Shown: positions 40,361 through 53,562 of the stretch, one piece after another
Position numbering within the stretch: position 1 is the stretch's first letter
Layout of the letters: each line of letters opens with the position of its first letter
Assembly (NCBI GenBank): GCA_050084985.1
Contig: JBITNC010000001.1
Span: 122,760,001-122,824,000, forward strand
Origin: Nageia nagi
Lineage: Eukaryota; Plantae; Pinophyta
DNA length: 64,000 bases
Direction of reading: 5' to 3'
The notes under the pieces: model-generated
What the model saw: the letters and a program-made list of their open reading frames with translations, nothing else
The model's database searches: none
Told to the model about the DNA's origin: nothing
Position numbers and translations under genes: made by a program

Positions 40361-41289
40361 TTATTTTTTTCCCTCATTTCAATTCTTTTACCAATTTTCC
40401 TACACATTTTTCTTTCTAGTTTTTCCTCCTCATTGCAGACCTACATTCTTTTTTCCTACCTCCTCCCATTACAAATCTCCTTCTTCTCTATGATTTTTTT
40501 GTGGAGGGTTTGGCCCATTATATTGAGTAAGGGATGGAGGAAAATATTAAATTAGGTGTATTTTTTTTATGAGGGCTTCAATGTTTTATAGTATTAATTA
40601 AGATTGATAGGTATCTTCTTTTTATCAAAATCTCTCACCAAATTTGTTGGTCTTTTCTAAAGTGGGTATCCTATGCTTTTATTGCTCATTATTTGAGTGC
40701 ATAATACATTTTCACATGCTTTTTTAATTTAGCATACATTGTGGATTTTTTGAAAAGTGGAAATCCTATGCTTTTTTAAAAGTAAGCTTTTTTTAATAAA
40801 AGTAAAGGACATTAAAAAGGGGGGATATTATCTTTGCTCCTTTATCCTTTTTTATCACTCCTTTTATAAGATATCACCTTAATGATGTTCCACTACTAGT
40901 GGGTAAATTTATCATGTACAATTTTCTATTTTTTTTTAGTTTATGGTAAGGAATGTGGCCTTTAAGTAAAGCTCAAAATTATTATTTATAACCTTTGTTA
41001 ATGCCATTATAACATTAAGTAGTTTTAAGCTTTATTTTTGCCAAGTGATTTTTTTTTTTTTGCACATGATTATTGATCAATGCAATCAATTTTTTTATTA
41101 GATTTTTGCAAAATTTTAGGTTAAATTCTTTTTTTTGTAAATCTTAAGCAAATGTTCAAGGTAAATTAATTGACATTGTTAAATACATTGCACACCAATT
41201 TTATGCATTTTGAAACTCTTTAATGCAATTTGTTTGTGTCATTTTTAACCTAAATTTATGCTTTTTTCATGATAAAGAAATAGGAGTAA

Positions 41290-41850
41290 GTTGCATTGAA
41301 TATGCACACTATTTATTATGAATATGTATAAGGTTAAATATGCACACTATTTGTTGTATGCATGAGGTTTAATATTTGAAGTTCATGGATGTGCATAGTG
41401 TTTGAAGTAGAAATTTAGGTAAAAATTTCTTTCAAACTTTGATATGTACTATCCTTATTAGTTGCAATGCTATGAAAATTTATTGTGGATGTGTATAATG
41501 TTTGAAGTGAAAATTTAGGTAAAAATTTCTTTCAAACTATGATATTCACTATCCTTATTGGTTTACATATTGTTAAAATGAAAACTTGTTTATGGATTGA
41601 TACCACTATACTTCCATGATTGAGAAGTTTATCCATGTTTATGTATTAATGCCACTATACTTTCATATTTGGAAAGTTTATACATATTAATAAATTTTTT
41701 ACCATATTGCTACTTGTTATCAAGTTGTAGTGGATAAAATGTTTAAAAAGGTTTACCCTTCCCCTTAACTATATTATTGGAGTGGTTAAAAATGTTTGTC
41801 CTTCTCCATGACTGCACATTGTTGGAGTGGTTAAAAAAGTTCTTCCTTCT
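41290..41850. repeat. Cluster of short tandem duplications inside the LARD-like element
   Basis: ~100-bp duplication ggatgtg.ata.tgtttgaagt..aaatttaggtaaaaatttctttcaaact (41387, 41487), plus aatatgcacactattt x2, ccactatactt x2 and ttggagtggttaaaaa x2. Confidence 0.85.
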
Positions 41851-44800
41851 TTAAAATTGTAATTATTTGATAAAATTTGAATCCATTTTGATGGATTAAT
41901 GCTATCAAATTTCATCATATGCATCTTTACTAGTAGCATAGTCAAGTTAGCATTTTGTGGCTTGTCCATCTTGACTTGGTCATTTTATAATGTTGGCATT
42001 TGTTAGTTTATTGCATGGTTAAGGTAACATTGTTAGTTTGTCATATGAAAAGGTTATGATGTGATGACACCCTCATATATAAAAAAAAAAAAAACAAATA
42101 ATGATAAAAATTAAATTAAAAAAAAATTGAAAATCAATTTTTTTATGATGATTGATATTTTTGAGAATGCATTTATATCACTTGGTTGGTTATGCATTTG
42201 ATAATGTTGTGCACATATGATATTGTTGATATCATGTTATGGATGATATATTTTTTTAGTATGCACATGTGATATTTAGTTGATATGAATCATATGTATC
42301 TTATATAAATGTATATGATGCATTTAATTCATCTTATTTATGAGCTACTTGTAGCTTATAGGTTTCTTTTTAAGATTGCAGGTTACTTTAGGTATGTAAG
42401 CTCATCATATCAACATGTTGTTGAATGAATACTCTTGTACATTAAAACCACTTATGGTTAATGATTGTATTGTAAAACTATTTGTTAAAATGGTTAATAA
42501 GTTAAGCTATTATAGAACCATCTATATTCTATTACTTTCTCGTAAGTTCTCATCTCTGATAATATTCTTATGGAGGAGAACTCTCTTACTCTTTCTCTTT
42601 CTCTTTTCGACTCTCTACCCCAATATTGCATTAAGGGGGAGTTTTTGAAATTATATTGCATTATTATGTACTATTTATATTTAATGTAAATTCACTTAAT
42701 ACTTAAAGTATCTTTATATGCCTTAAAGCATTAAAAGAATAAATATGGAAAAATCTTTAAATTTATCCTTGGCTAAAAAGGAGGTTAAAGAATGGATTTT
42801 ATCTTATAAATAGAGAGGTACTCCATGTCATCATGTACTTGTAGAAGCATGAATATGCTAGTATTTTAGATTTGTAAGAATGGTCTTATAAGAGCTTTGT
42901 AGAAGAATTCTTGAGATTTTGTAGGAGAGTTATCTTGTTAGAAGTAATAGAATGATGGTTCAAAGTGGATGTACTCTTATAAGTTGGAGGAACCATTATA
43001 CATGGTGTGTTATCATTTGTATGATTTATTATTTTTTAATTAGATGGTTGAATGTTATATTTGTTGGAGAGGATTCAAGGTGATCTTAGTTATGGAATCC
43101 TTCAATTCCATCAAAAATCGTGTTAGGAATACCTTTCTTTGATCTTGTGGTTGTATTGCATGTTTATTCCAAAATGTGAACATGTATCTAAATCCACTTT
43201 TTTATTGAATTTATCATCAAACCCAATAGGTTCACCATTATCATCATAAACAATCATATTCACTATATTAATGGAAGGTAGGTATTTAGATTTGACTTTA
43301 GGCATATCATTTTCATATAAAATTGTACCACTATGTAACAAGTATTTTAATTTCTTTCTTAAAACATAACAACCTATTATATTATGCCCTTTAATTTTAC
43401 AATATTTAGAGAATTTCTTATCCTTATACCAATAAGACTTTTCATGATTAGGTCCATATTATTTTCCTTGAATTCATTTTATTATATCTTTCTCTATAAA
43501 TTCCTCAAATATTTGATTAGGGTTTACCAACAATGGATACAATTCTTTGGTTGATTTTCTATATTTGCATTTATCTTAGTTAGATGGTTCAACTATATTA
43601 AGTGAAGGATTTCCTACCATTATCTTTGTTGGAGGAGAAGGATTGTATACTTAATAAAATTAGATCTTACTAAGAATTCCTATTTCTTAATAACCAAATG
43701 AACCATATGTATAAATGAACCATTAACATGTTTAAGTTCTTTTCCACTAAGAACAACATTAATGTTTTTAAGAAATACCTGAAATAAGCCTTGAAATGAT
43801 CCTTCAATTGCTAATATAATGATATAGAACCTGGTTCTAAGCTAGGAAACCACTTGCAAGATTCACTGATTAAATTCATACAAAAATATTTTGCAATCAA
43901 ATGATCATTAGCCCCATTTTAAGATCCATAATGTATTCAAAATCCTAAAGATGTGTAATATGATCAATCTATCTATTGAACTTTTTGAATTTAGATCCTT
44001 ATCTATACCAAGAAGGAGTGTATTACAAATCTTCATGCTCAATGGGTTACCCTTATACTCTATTAATTTTGCATGAACTTCAAATTTATTCTTGAACAAT
44101 GCAACCTAAAACTCAAACTACCTGAATTATTTATTTTTGAAGGTACTTAAATTGGATGCTTTATTTCTAGCATTCATGCTACTATTAGCATTGGTATTGA
44201 TGGTAGCACCTATGTTGATATGTACATCCGCATTAGGTTGATATATGGCCTAAAACATAGGTGCAAATACATTTGTGATAAGAGCTTGAAATGCAAGCAT
44301 TTCCATTAATTTGGTTAAGAATTAAAGAGTTATATTCACCATTTTTGTGACACTCAAAAAATATTTGATCAAATGTAATAAAAACCCTAATGTTCTTGAT
44401 GTAAAATAAATATGTTAGTTTGAGAACACTTTATATTATAACCCTATATAAGAGAGAAAGTGCTATAAAAGGTGAATGCCAATATGTTGATATGTATTTT
44501 GGTAAAAACTAGGGTTTTATCCTAAATATACTAAATACACATAAATATTTAAGTATGCATTATCTAAGCTAATTAACTTAAATAAACATACATGAATAAG
44601 AAAATATAATAGTACAATAATAAAGTAACAAATTACATTTATGTCAAGATGTAAACTGAGCTACATGCACTAAAGAGAAAGGAATCAAGTGTAGGATAAA
44701 TACCTATATGTCCTTACCCATGTCATAGTAAAATATATGATAAACAAAATTATCAAAGTAGTGACCTTGATGTGTGAACCCCAAGGCCAACTATAAAAGG

Positions 44801-46783
44801 AATACCAATGTGGGTGCTAGTCCTCATAAGCTTAGCGCATACATACATGTTAGTATGAGCACTAATGTTATGAAAGAATGAGACTTGCCAACAAGGATCA
44901 ATGATAACAAATATGATGATAAGTGAAATCGATCATATGATCATAAAGATGGATAATAGATATTTACTCAAGTACTGATGATAAGATTCTAGTCTCAATA
45001 GTCAACATTTAGAAATACCCAAGAGTAAGGTACCAACTATTAAGATGTAATCTTAACCTACTTTCCCTAGGTTCTAGATACTTACATTTATATTATATGT
45101 GATATCTTCATTAATTTAACCCATTAAATATTGGTTGAAGTTGTTTCAATGTACCTAACATAGAAATAACAATACAACTTGATAAATATATGATAATAAG
45201 GGTAAAATATGACTAAATTATGATTAAATATGATTGAATATGTATGTAAAGTTGTACCTAAGTGGGACCATGTTAAGAGGACCACTTTTAGGTGTTAACA
45301 CTTCCCCAAAGAAAATGCAATATCATTTCAAAATTCATAGTGATATTTGTTAATACCAAAATTTATTTTATTTAAGCAAAAAATATATTTTAGGTCTCTA
45401 AGTGATAAAGCAAATTAATTTTTTATTTACAATGTTTGTATAATAAAGTGTGATTTCACTCCTTTCTTATCCTTTTGATGATAATTCCAAAGAGTTATAG
45501 GCAAAAATATGTCTTAGCTAATATGGGAACATCTCAACTATTTAAGGAAATAAGTATGTAGCATTAAACATATCTTGATCTTTATATATGTATTGGTACA
45601 CTTAATAGGGTATTCTTGCTCAAAATTATTTGATATTATTTATAAAGTCTTTATTTGTACCCTCTTGTGATTAATTCATTGATTATTACTTATATCGCAT
45701 TTACCTTTGATAACCTTTGAATGAAACCTTGACGATAAACATGAATATAAAGGATCTAATAGAGGAGAGGCATACATTGGTGAACCATTATACAATGATG
45801 CACTTTAGAGGTTCTACACACTATATTTGGTAAGGATAGAGGTTTAGATTCTAGGAGTGAGTTTTCTTGACACTTTTGAGATTAGATTTAAACTCTAATT
45901 GATAGAAACTAGGTATACATCAGGTTTGTATTCATTTGAATTTAGATTTGATAGGTGAAGAGTATGAAATTGACTAGATATTACTTATCTCCATTTATTA
46001 TGTTTTTATTATCATGAATATTTATTATAATTAAGAGCTAGAGTAAAGGACTAGATGAAAAATTTAAAAGGAAAAATAGTAAGAAAAAGAATGAAGTACA
46101 TGAAGGAGAGTAGTTGTAGTAGATCTAACAATGTATATGTAGGAGATAAAGGTAAGTACCCTAAATGGACCCATGCATGGTGTGGGAGGGATTCTAATTG
46201 ACTCACAGGGGGAACAAGATAAAATGGCCCCTATAATATTGAACTAGGCATCACATTTGAAATATAAAAGGTAGATTATGAAGAGAAAATATCTATAATT
46301 ATTACCTCAAGTAAGGAATAAGAAAAATTGAAGTCCTAAGAAAACTCTTCCTTGTTGAAAAATTTATAAGAGCTAGACTAATTTTAAAAAATATTAGGAA
46401 GTGCATTAAAAGAAGCTTAATAATAAAAGTATAGTGGGTTTAGAAACCATTACCTATGATGTTTTAATTATTTGACTTCAAACTATAAGAGGATTTAGCA
46501 TAAGTACTAGATAATGGAGCATCTTATTGAGAATAGATGCAATATTTTCCAAGGATTCCTTTATTAATTTCCCATTAATATTTACATGAATGTAAAAATC
46601 CAAAATGTAGTCTATTATCTCTTGAGTCAACAACTCCTTATCTTCAAATTGGATCATGTTAACCTATTTGGAAGAAGCAACCATGCCTGCAAAATCAATC
46701 ATTGGAATGTTAGGATCAACATATTATTTATTCAACACTTTAAATAAAGCCCATTTATTTTTATTAAGTGTCATGAGTAATTC

Positions 46784-49700
46784 TGATAGAAAATTAGAGA
46801 AATAATACAAATTAATTAATCAAGGTAAGCATTACTTTGAAGGAATTAAATATCAAGAAATGGAGTTACATAAAATTATTAAAAACTCTAAGAAGCAAAC
46901 ACAAAAAAAAAAGATAAGACAAGAAATTTTCCAAAGGGGAAAAATAAGAAAAAAACACCCCTAATATTACAATAATGGTACAAGGTCAAAAAAATTAAAA
47001 GAGAGCAATATAGAGCTATAGAGTGGTATTATAAGAATTTAGGAGAATTACTAGATGAGAAGAAGAAGAGAGAACACCTTAATAAATAGAGGTGGAGAGA
47101 GGGAGTTACAATGACCTAAACTTGCCACCTTACAATACAAGAGGTGGGAGTTATAGAAATAATACTCATTCTAGATAAGGATTTACAAATTAATGTAACT
47201 CCCATAATAGAATCATCTCAATAGAGGAAAAAAAGAATTATTCTCACATATTTGTGAGAATAATCAAAAAGTCCATAAGAGGAAAAAATAGGTGTAGAGA
47301 TTCCTTTGAAATATTACTTATTAAAAAATAAAGGACAAATAATTTACCTCTACACCTAACCTAAGGAGGTGAGAATAATTTAAATATTCTCACTAAACTA
47401 ACCAAGTAAAGGTTACATATTCTAACATCCCCATTTAAACTTTACTTGGGTATTTTACATCATAATCCTTATTACAAGAAAGAATAAGACCTAGGTTATT
47501 ACAATTATTCAAATATGTAGTTGAATAAAGAGGTTTGGTAAGAATATCATCTACTTGATGTTCTCCTTTTCAGAATTGAAATGAAATAGCACTTCTTCAA
47601 CTTGTTATCTAATGAAGTGATGTTCAAATGCAATGTGATTAGTTCTTGCATGAAAAATAAATTCTTGTACAAGGAAATGCTACTTTGATTATCATAAAAT
47701 AATGGAGTTGGTTGCTTTTGAGGAAGACCCAAATCTTCAAGTACTCTTCTTAACCAAAGAGCATCTTTTGTTGGAAAGGTACAAGCTTTATATTCAACTT
47801 TAGTAGAACCAATAGGAACTGATTGCATTTTCTTATTATTCCATGAGATAGTGCCTAAACATACAAAGGAACAAAAGCCACAAGTGGATATCCTATAATT
47901 GGGATCATCTCACAAAGCAGAATCAGTATAACCATGTAAAGCAAAAAAATTTCAATCAATTTTATAAAAAATACTAGTAGCTATAGTTCCTTTAATATAT
48001 CTCAAAATTCTTTTAGCAACTTTAAAATGAGATTGTTGTGGTTGAGACATAAATCTAGAAACTAAGCCAACATTTAAAGAAATATCAAGCCTTGTGTCAA
48101 TTTGATAAATGAGACTTCCTACTAATTTCCTAGAGATACTAGGATTCATTGAAGGAGATTCCATATCAACCAATTATTTAGTACCCAATTCACAAGGAAT
48201 GGAAATAGAATATGCATCATTCATTTTAAATTTTGTTAGAATATCCTTAGCATAATTTTGTTGTAATATAAAATTACCTTTGAGAGTTTATGAAATTTGG
48301 ATGCCCAAAAAATAATGCAACAATCTTAAATCATTCATCTTAAATGTATCACATGAATTATATTTAGGATCATTAATCAAAGTAGAATTACTTGAAGTAA
48401 TAATCAAGTCATCAACATATAAAATAATCACAACAATATCTTGAACAATATGCTTGATATAAAGAGTAGGACCACTTTTACTTCTAACAAAGTTATGAGA
48501 AAGAAAAAAAAGATTTAATCTTAGAATACCATTCTCCTAGTGCTTGTTTCAAACCATAAATGGCCTTGTTAAGTTTACATGCAAAATGTTCATTTCTTTT
48601 CTTACCAAAACCCATAGGTTGAGACATATAAATTTCTTCATGCAAATCACCATTCAAAAAAGCACTTTTAACAACCATTTGATGAAGAGACCAATGAAAA
48701 TATGAAGTTAAATCTATGATTAATTTAATACTAAGCATTTTAGCAATAAGAGTAAAAGTTTCAGAATAATTTAAACCTTCTACTTGAGAAAAGTCTCTTG
48801 CAACTAATCTAGATTTATATTTACTTACGTCATTATTAGCATTGAACTTTGTTTTATATAACCATTGGCATGAAATGAAATTTTTATATTTATGTAAAGG
48901 AACTAGATCCTACATTTTATTAAAAATAAGGGTATCATATGTTTCTTGCATTGTAGTTTCTCAATTAGGATTACCTTTAGCTTCATCATAACTTTGAGGA
49001 TCATTTGTTTCCATTACTTTAGACATCAAAGCATAATTGCAAAAAATTGCTTTTCTACTTTTAGATTGATTGATTCTTGATAAAATATCTTCTCTTTCAT
49101 GAATAAGATTTTTAAACCACTTAGACATAGGTGTAGCAGGGTGAGTATCTTCACTTGAACAAGATTCTTCACAAGAAATTTCTTCAAGTTCATGATCACT
49201 TTCACAATCACTATGAATAAGAGGTGGAGAATTAGTGGGGAAAATAGAAGGATTATTCTCAACAACATAAATATTGGGTTTATTATTATCACTAGAGCAA
49301 TCATGAACATCATTTTCAGCTATGTAAACATCTCTAGTCACTTTAACTTTATTAGTGGTAGGATTGTAGACTCTATAAGCCTTATATTGTTCATCATACC
49401 CAACAAAAATATGAGGAATAGATTTAACATTTAACTACTTTCTCTTTTTTTAGTTGTATGTAGAAAAGCAACTAAACCAAAAATTCTTAAATGCTTTAAA
49501 TTAGGTTTCCTATTAGACCATGCTTCTTCAAGAGTAATATTATGCTCAAATTTAGTAGGGCTCCTATTTATAAGATAAGTGGCATAATACATAGCTTTAG
49601 CCCAAAAATTATAAGGTTCTTTGCATGCAACATACACTTAGCCATTTCAACAATTGATGAACCTTTGTTTCCATTCAACCACCCCATTTTGTTGGGGAGT

Positions 49701-52700
49701 GTAAGGAATAGTAAGTACATGTTTAATACCATGCCATTTCAAATAAGAAGTAAAGGTCCTATTGACATATTCTTTGCCATTATTAGTTCTAAGTATTTTC
49801 AACTTGCAATCAGATTGCTTTTCAACATACTTATGAAATTCACTAAAAGTATCAAGAACTTGATTTTTATTTGCAAGAAAGTAGACCCAAGTTCTTCTAG
49901 AATAATCATCCACAAAGGTAAGAGCATACTTGTTTCCTTGTATGGAAGTGTGCTCCATGGATTCCATAAGGTCACTATGAACAAGGTGCAATTGCTTATT
50001 TTACATCCAAGTTGAACCTTTAGGAAAGGGCTCCCTATGCATCTTACCACTTATACAACCAAAATAAATAATTTTTGGAGTAATGCTATGAAAACCTTCT
50101 ACCATATTTTATTTTTGGATTAAAAAAATACTATGATTATTAATGTGTCCTAAGCATTCATGTCACACATTAAAATCAATGGTAGAAAGGAAAGAATACT
50201 TAGAACTATCAAATTCATGAAATTTGAACAAATTATCATTCTTCAATTTATCTATAGCCATAACCTTGATATTATGGTTAGGATCGAAGATGTGATACAT
50301 ATCTTTATAAAAATCAAATTTATAATCTTGGAAGAGATTAACCACACTAAGTAAATGAGATTTTAATTCAAGAATGTACAAGACATCATGGAATTTATAA
50401 TTAAGAATAATAACACCACTAAAAGCTTCTACTTTACAGCTATGATCATTAGCAAGATTAAGAGAAATATTACTCAAATTAGGTTGCATACTTTCAAAAA
50501 CCTCTTTATGAAAAGTAACATATTGAGTAGCACCTAAATTAATAACCCACTCAAGGGGTTTAGAAGAAGAAGTAGAAACACAAGTGAATGCAGTCCTTGT
50601 TTTGCCTTGATTATCTTGCTTTTGTTTATTCTTTTGATTACCATTAGTAGATGAAGGATTGTTACCTTGCATAGGTTTCTTACCCTTAGTTGTATCCTTG
50701 TACTTTTTAAAACATCTAGGAGCTATATGACCATCCTTCCCACAATAATGGCAAGTTAGTTTGGAATCATCTTATTTATTTGGAGAATGAGATTTACAAA
50801 AATTCTTAGATTGGTTATTATTCTTTTATTTTTGTTTAGAATGATTTGACTTAAGTGTACAAAGAAAGAAATGTTCTACTATTTAAAAACTCCCAAATTG
50901 AAGTGACTTAGCTTCCTCTTGCCTTAACAAAGTACAAAAAATATCAAAGGTTAATTCTTTTACTAAAGTAGGAAGAGCTAATTGAGCATGAATATTAGCA
51001 ATGAATTGCTAAAAATGTTTGGGAAGAACCTTCTTTAGAATAATATGTATTACTCTAAAACTAGTAAGATCAACCCCTAAACCTTTTAATTGACCATTCA
51101 AGTCAACAAATTTAAGAAGAAAATCATCCATAGACTTAAATTTATTGTAATGAAGTTCCTCTAATTGATCTTGAAGTTGTATTTTAATAGATTCATTAGC
51201 ATTATCAGAAATACCTTTAAGTATAGTCCAAGCTTCATGAGCCTTAGTGCACTTGCTAATAACAATATGCAATTCAAGATCATAAAAATGCCAATCAAAC
51301 CTAAAGCCTCCTCATTTTGTGTTTTCCATTTATCTTTCACCTCATGTGAAATTTTAGTAGCATCTGGTTCTACCTTGGGATCTATAACAACTTCATAGAG
51401 ATGCCTGAATTTGAAAATAAACATTATTTGAGATTTCCAAAGATGATAATTAGAAGAGATTAACTTGATTTCAAGAATCAAGGTGACCATTTTTTGTTAA
51501 AAAGAATGAAACCCTTATATAATAAAATAATACCAAACAAAACTATATTAGAATTGAAATATTAACTATAAACAACTAATGGTAATAAATGATACAACTA
51601 TATTACAAAGTTATATTAAAAAACTTAAAATTTAAAGAAATAAAAGCCTTTAAATCACTAACTGATAAGTTTAAAAAAAATTTAGAAAAAAGAATGAAAT
51701 GAAATAAGCCCAAGGGGCTATGGAACGGTGAGTCATGCAAAAAACATTGTTGTGAGCACTTAGTGGCCGTGTGGGGTGGAAAGAGTAGCAACCAGGAAGC
51801 AAAGGCCACAAGGCAGTCTACGATGCGGGAGCGATGACGTCTGGGAAGGCATCATGTATTCAAATGGCATCCATAGTCGAAGGTAGGTGCGCAACATAGT
51901 ATACCCCCAACGGATCTACATCATCTCCTTCTACTTTACATCCAGGGAGAGTATGGAGCGTCCCCCTTCCCTGAAACCAAAGAGCAAGAGAGGTCGAGCA
52001 TTGAATGGAGGAATGAGGAGTTAAAAGATAAGTTCTCCATGCAAAGAAAGAGGCATGATGACTTCCAGCATAGAGCTCTCCTCGCTACTACAACGGGAAT
52101 GGGATTGGATGATAGTAACACGCTAAGAACTGCAAGAACAGAAGGGGGAAAGGAAATACCTCCAACAAATGTCGGGAAGAAGTGATGAAGCCATGACCTA
52201 AGAAAATTGATAGCAATGAGGAACAGTGAATCTCCCTATGAAGCAAGCAAGAAAATAGAGAGGCCGGGTGTGCAACGTTGGGTAAAGAAAGATGAATATG
52301 CGAAGGGAAGGGGGAAAAACCAAAATGAAAGGAGGGGCCCAAAATAGATGAGCAACTTGAAAGAGATGACATCGAAAGCCAAGAGAATTACAATCGAAGA
52401 AGGAGCCTGTAACAAACCTACGAAACAAGAAGAACTCAGACCACTGCAAGCGAATGGCCTCCTCAGGAGAACGACCTCAAAAGAAGGATGTGCAGTCCTG
52501 AAAGAGAAAGAAGCAGTGGCCAAGGAAGATAAACAAGAGCAATTAGGGTTATTACGTGACAAGCCAAACTTAGCAACCTCAACACTCGTCAGGTATGCGG
52601 TCGAAGATAGAAAAAAAAAAGAAAGGAACGTTACAAATAGGTTAAGACAGTAACGTACCAACAAATTAGAAAGATTTTACAAAAAAAGATTTTGGACAGG

Positions 52701-53562
52701 AAAAGATTTAAATAAAATAGGGTGGGGAAAAAAAATTAAAAAATTAGGGGTGGTAACAAGAGAGAATATAATTAAAATTTTATAAAAAAAATTAATAAAA
52801 AGAGATCTAAACAACTCTCTTAAAAAATAATGCCTTCTAAAAAATATTCTTTTCAAATGTGAAGTTTCAAAGAAAAGGTAGTAAATCAATAATAATGCCT
52901 CTAAGATTAATAATCAAGCTCTAATACAATTATAGAAAATTAGAGAAAAGGATAAAAATTAATTAATCAAGGTAAGCATTAATTTGAAGGAATTAAATAC
53001 CAAGAAATGGAGTTAGATAAAATTATTAAAAGAATTTAAGAAGTAAACACACAAACAACAAGAAGACAAGATATTTTTCAAAGGGGAAAAAATAAGAAAA
53101 AACCCCCTTAATATTGCAAGAATGGCACACAACCAAAGAAATTACAAGAGAGCAATATAGAGCTATTAAAAGAACTTAAGTTAATTTCTAGATGAGAAGA
53201 AGAGGAGAGAACACCTCAATAAATAGAGGTGGAGAGAGAGAGAGTTACAAAGTAACTCCCATAACCTAAACTTACCATCTTGCAATACAAGAGGTGGGAG
53301 TTGAAGAAATAATACTAATTCTAGATAAGGAGTTACAAATTAATATAAATCCCATTCTAAAATCATCTCAATAAAAATAAAAATAAAAATATTCTCACAT
53401 ATTTGTGAAAATAATATGTGTAGGGATTCCTTTGGAATATTCTTTACACCAAAAAAAAAATAAAAAAAAAATAGATAACAAATAATTTACCTCTACAATT
53501 AACCTAAATAAGTGAGAATAATTTAATTATTATCACTAAACTAACCAAGTAAAGGTTAAATA
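46784..53562 (-). mobile_element. Full-length decayed Ty1/Copia element (3' LTR 46784-47427; 5' LTR 52930-~53562)
   Basis: ~640-bp LTR pair, PBS-Met relic at ~52917-52929, PPT at 47428-47438, gag-PR-INT-RT-RH order. Confidence 0.95.
47500..51490 (-). pseudogene. Copia gag-pol pseudogene
   Basis: NYHLWK; CHYCGKDGHIAPRC at ~50712-50753; WVINLGAT; LVHSDL..FVDDYSRRTWVYFL..PYTPQQNGVVE; HQMVVKSAFLNGDL; LYVDDL at ~48405-48423; LFYDNQS. Confidence 0.95.

Larger units (their letters stand above)
38623..43113 (+). mobile_element. Non-coding LARD-like LTR element nested in the Tat element (LTRs 38623-39095 and 42643-43113)
   Basis: ~470-bp LTR pair, PBS TGGTATCAGA at 39098-39107, PPT TTAAGGGGGAG at 42631-42641, perfect TSD AAAAT (38618-38622 / 43114-43118). 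No retroelement protein motifs seen inside. Confidence 0.93.
31590..45300 (-). mobile_element. Tat/Ogre-type gypsy LTR retrotransposon (5' LTR 44485-45300; truncated 3' LTR ~31590-32184)
   Basis: 44690-45300 aligns with 31590-32184. PBS at 44471-44481 (minus TGGCATTCACC, decayed TGGCGCCCACC, tRNA-Lys CUU). gag at ~43120-44340. Domain order PR-RT-RH-aRH-INT. Confidence 0.92.

Noticed and set aside
45301-46400. Possible further retroelement coding relic
   Set aside because: Too decayed to assign a strand or family.
51936-52664. Overlapping ORFs on both strands in the Copia leader
   Set aside because: Expected from locally higher GC; no known motif.
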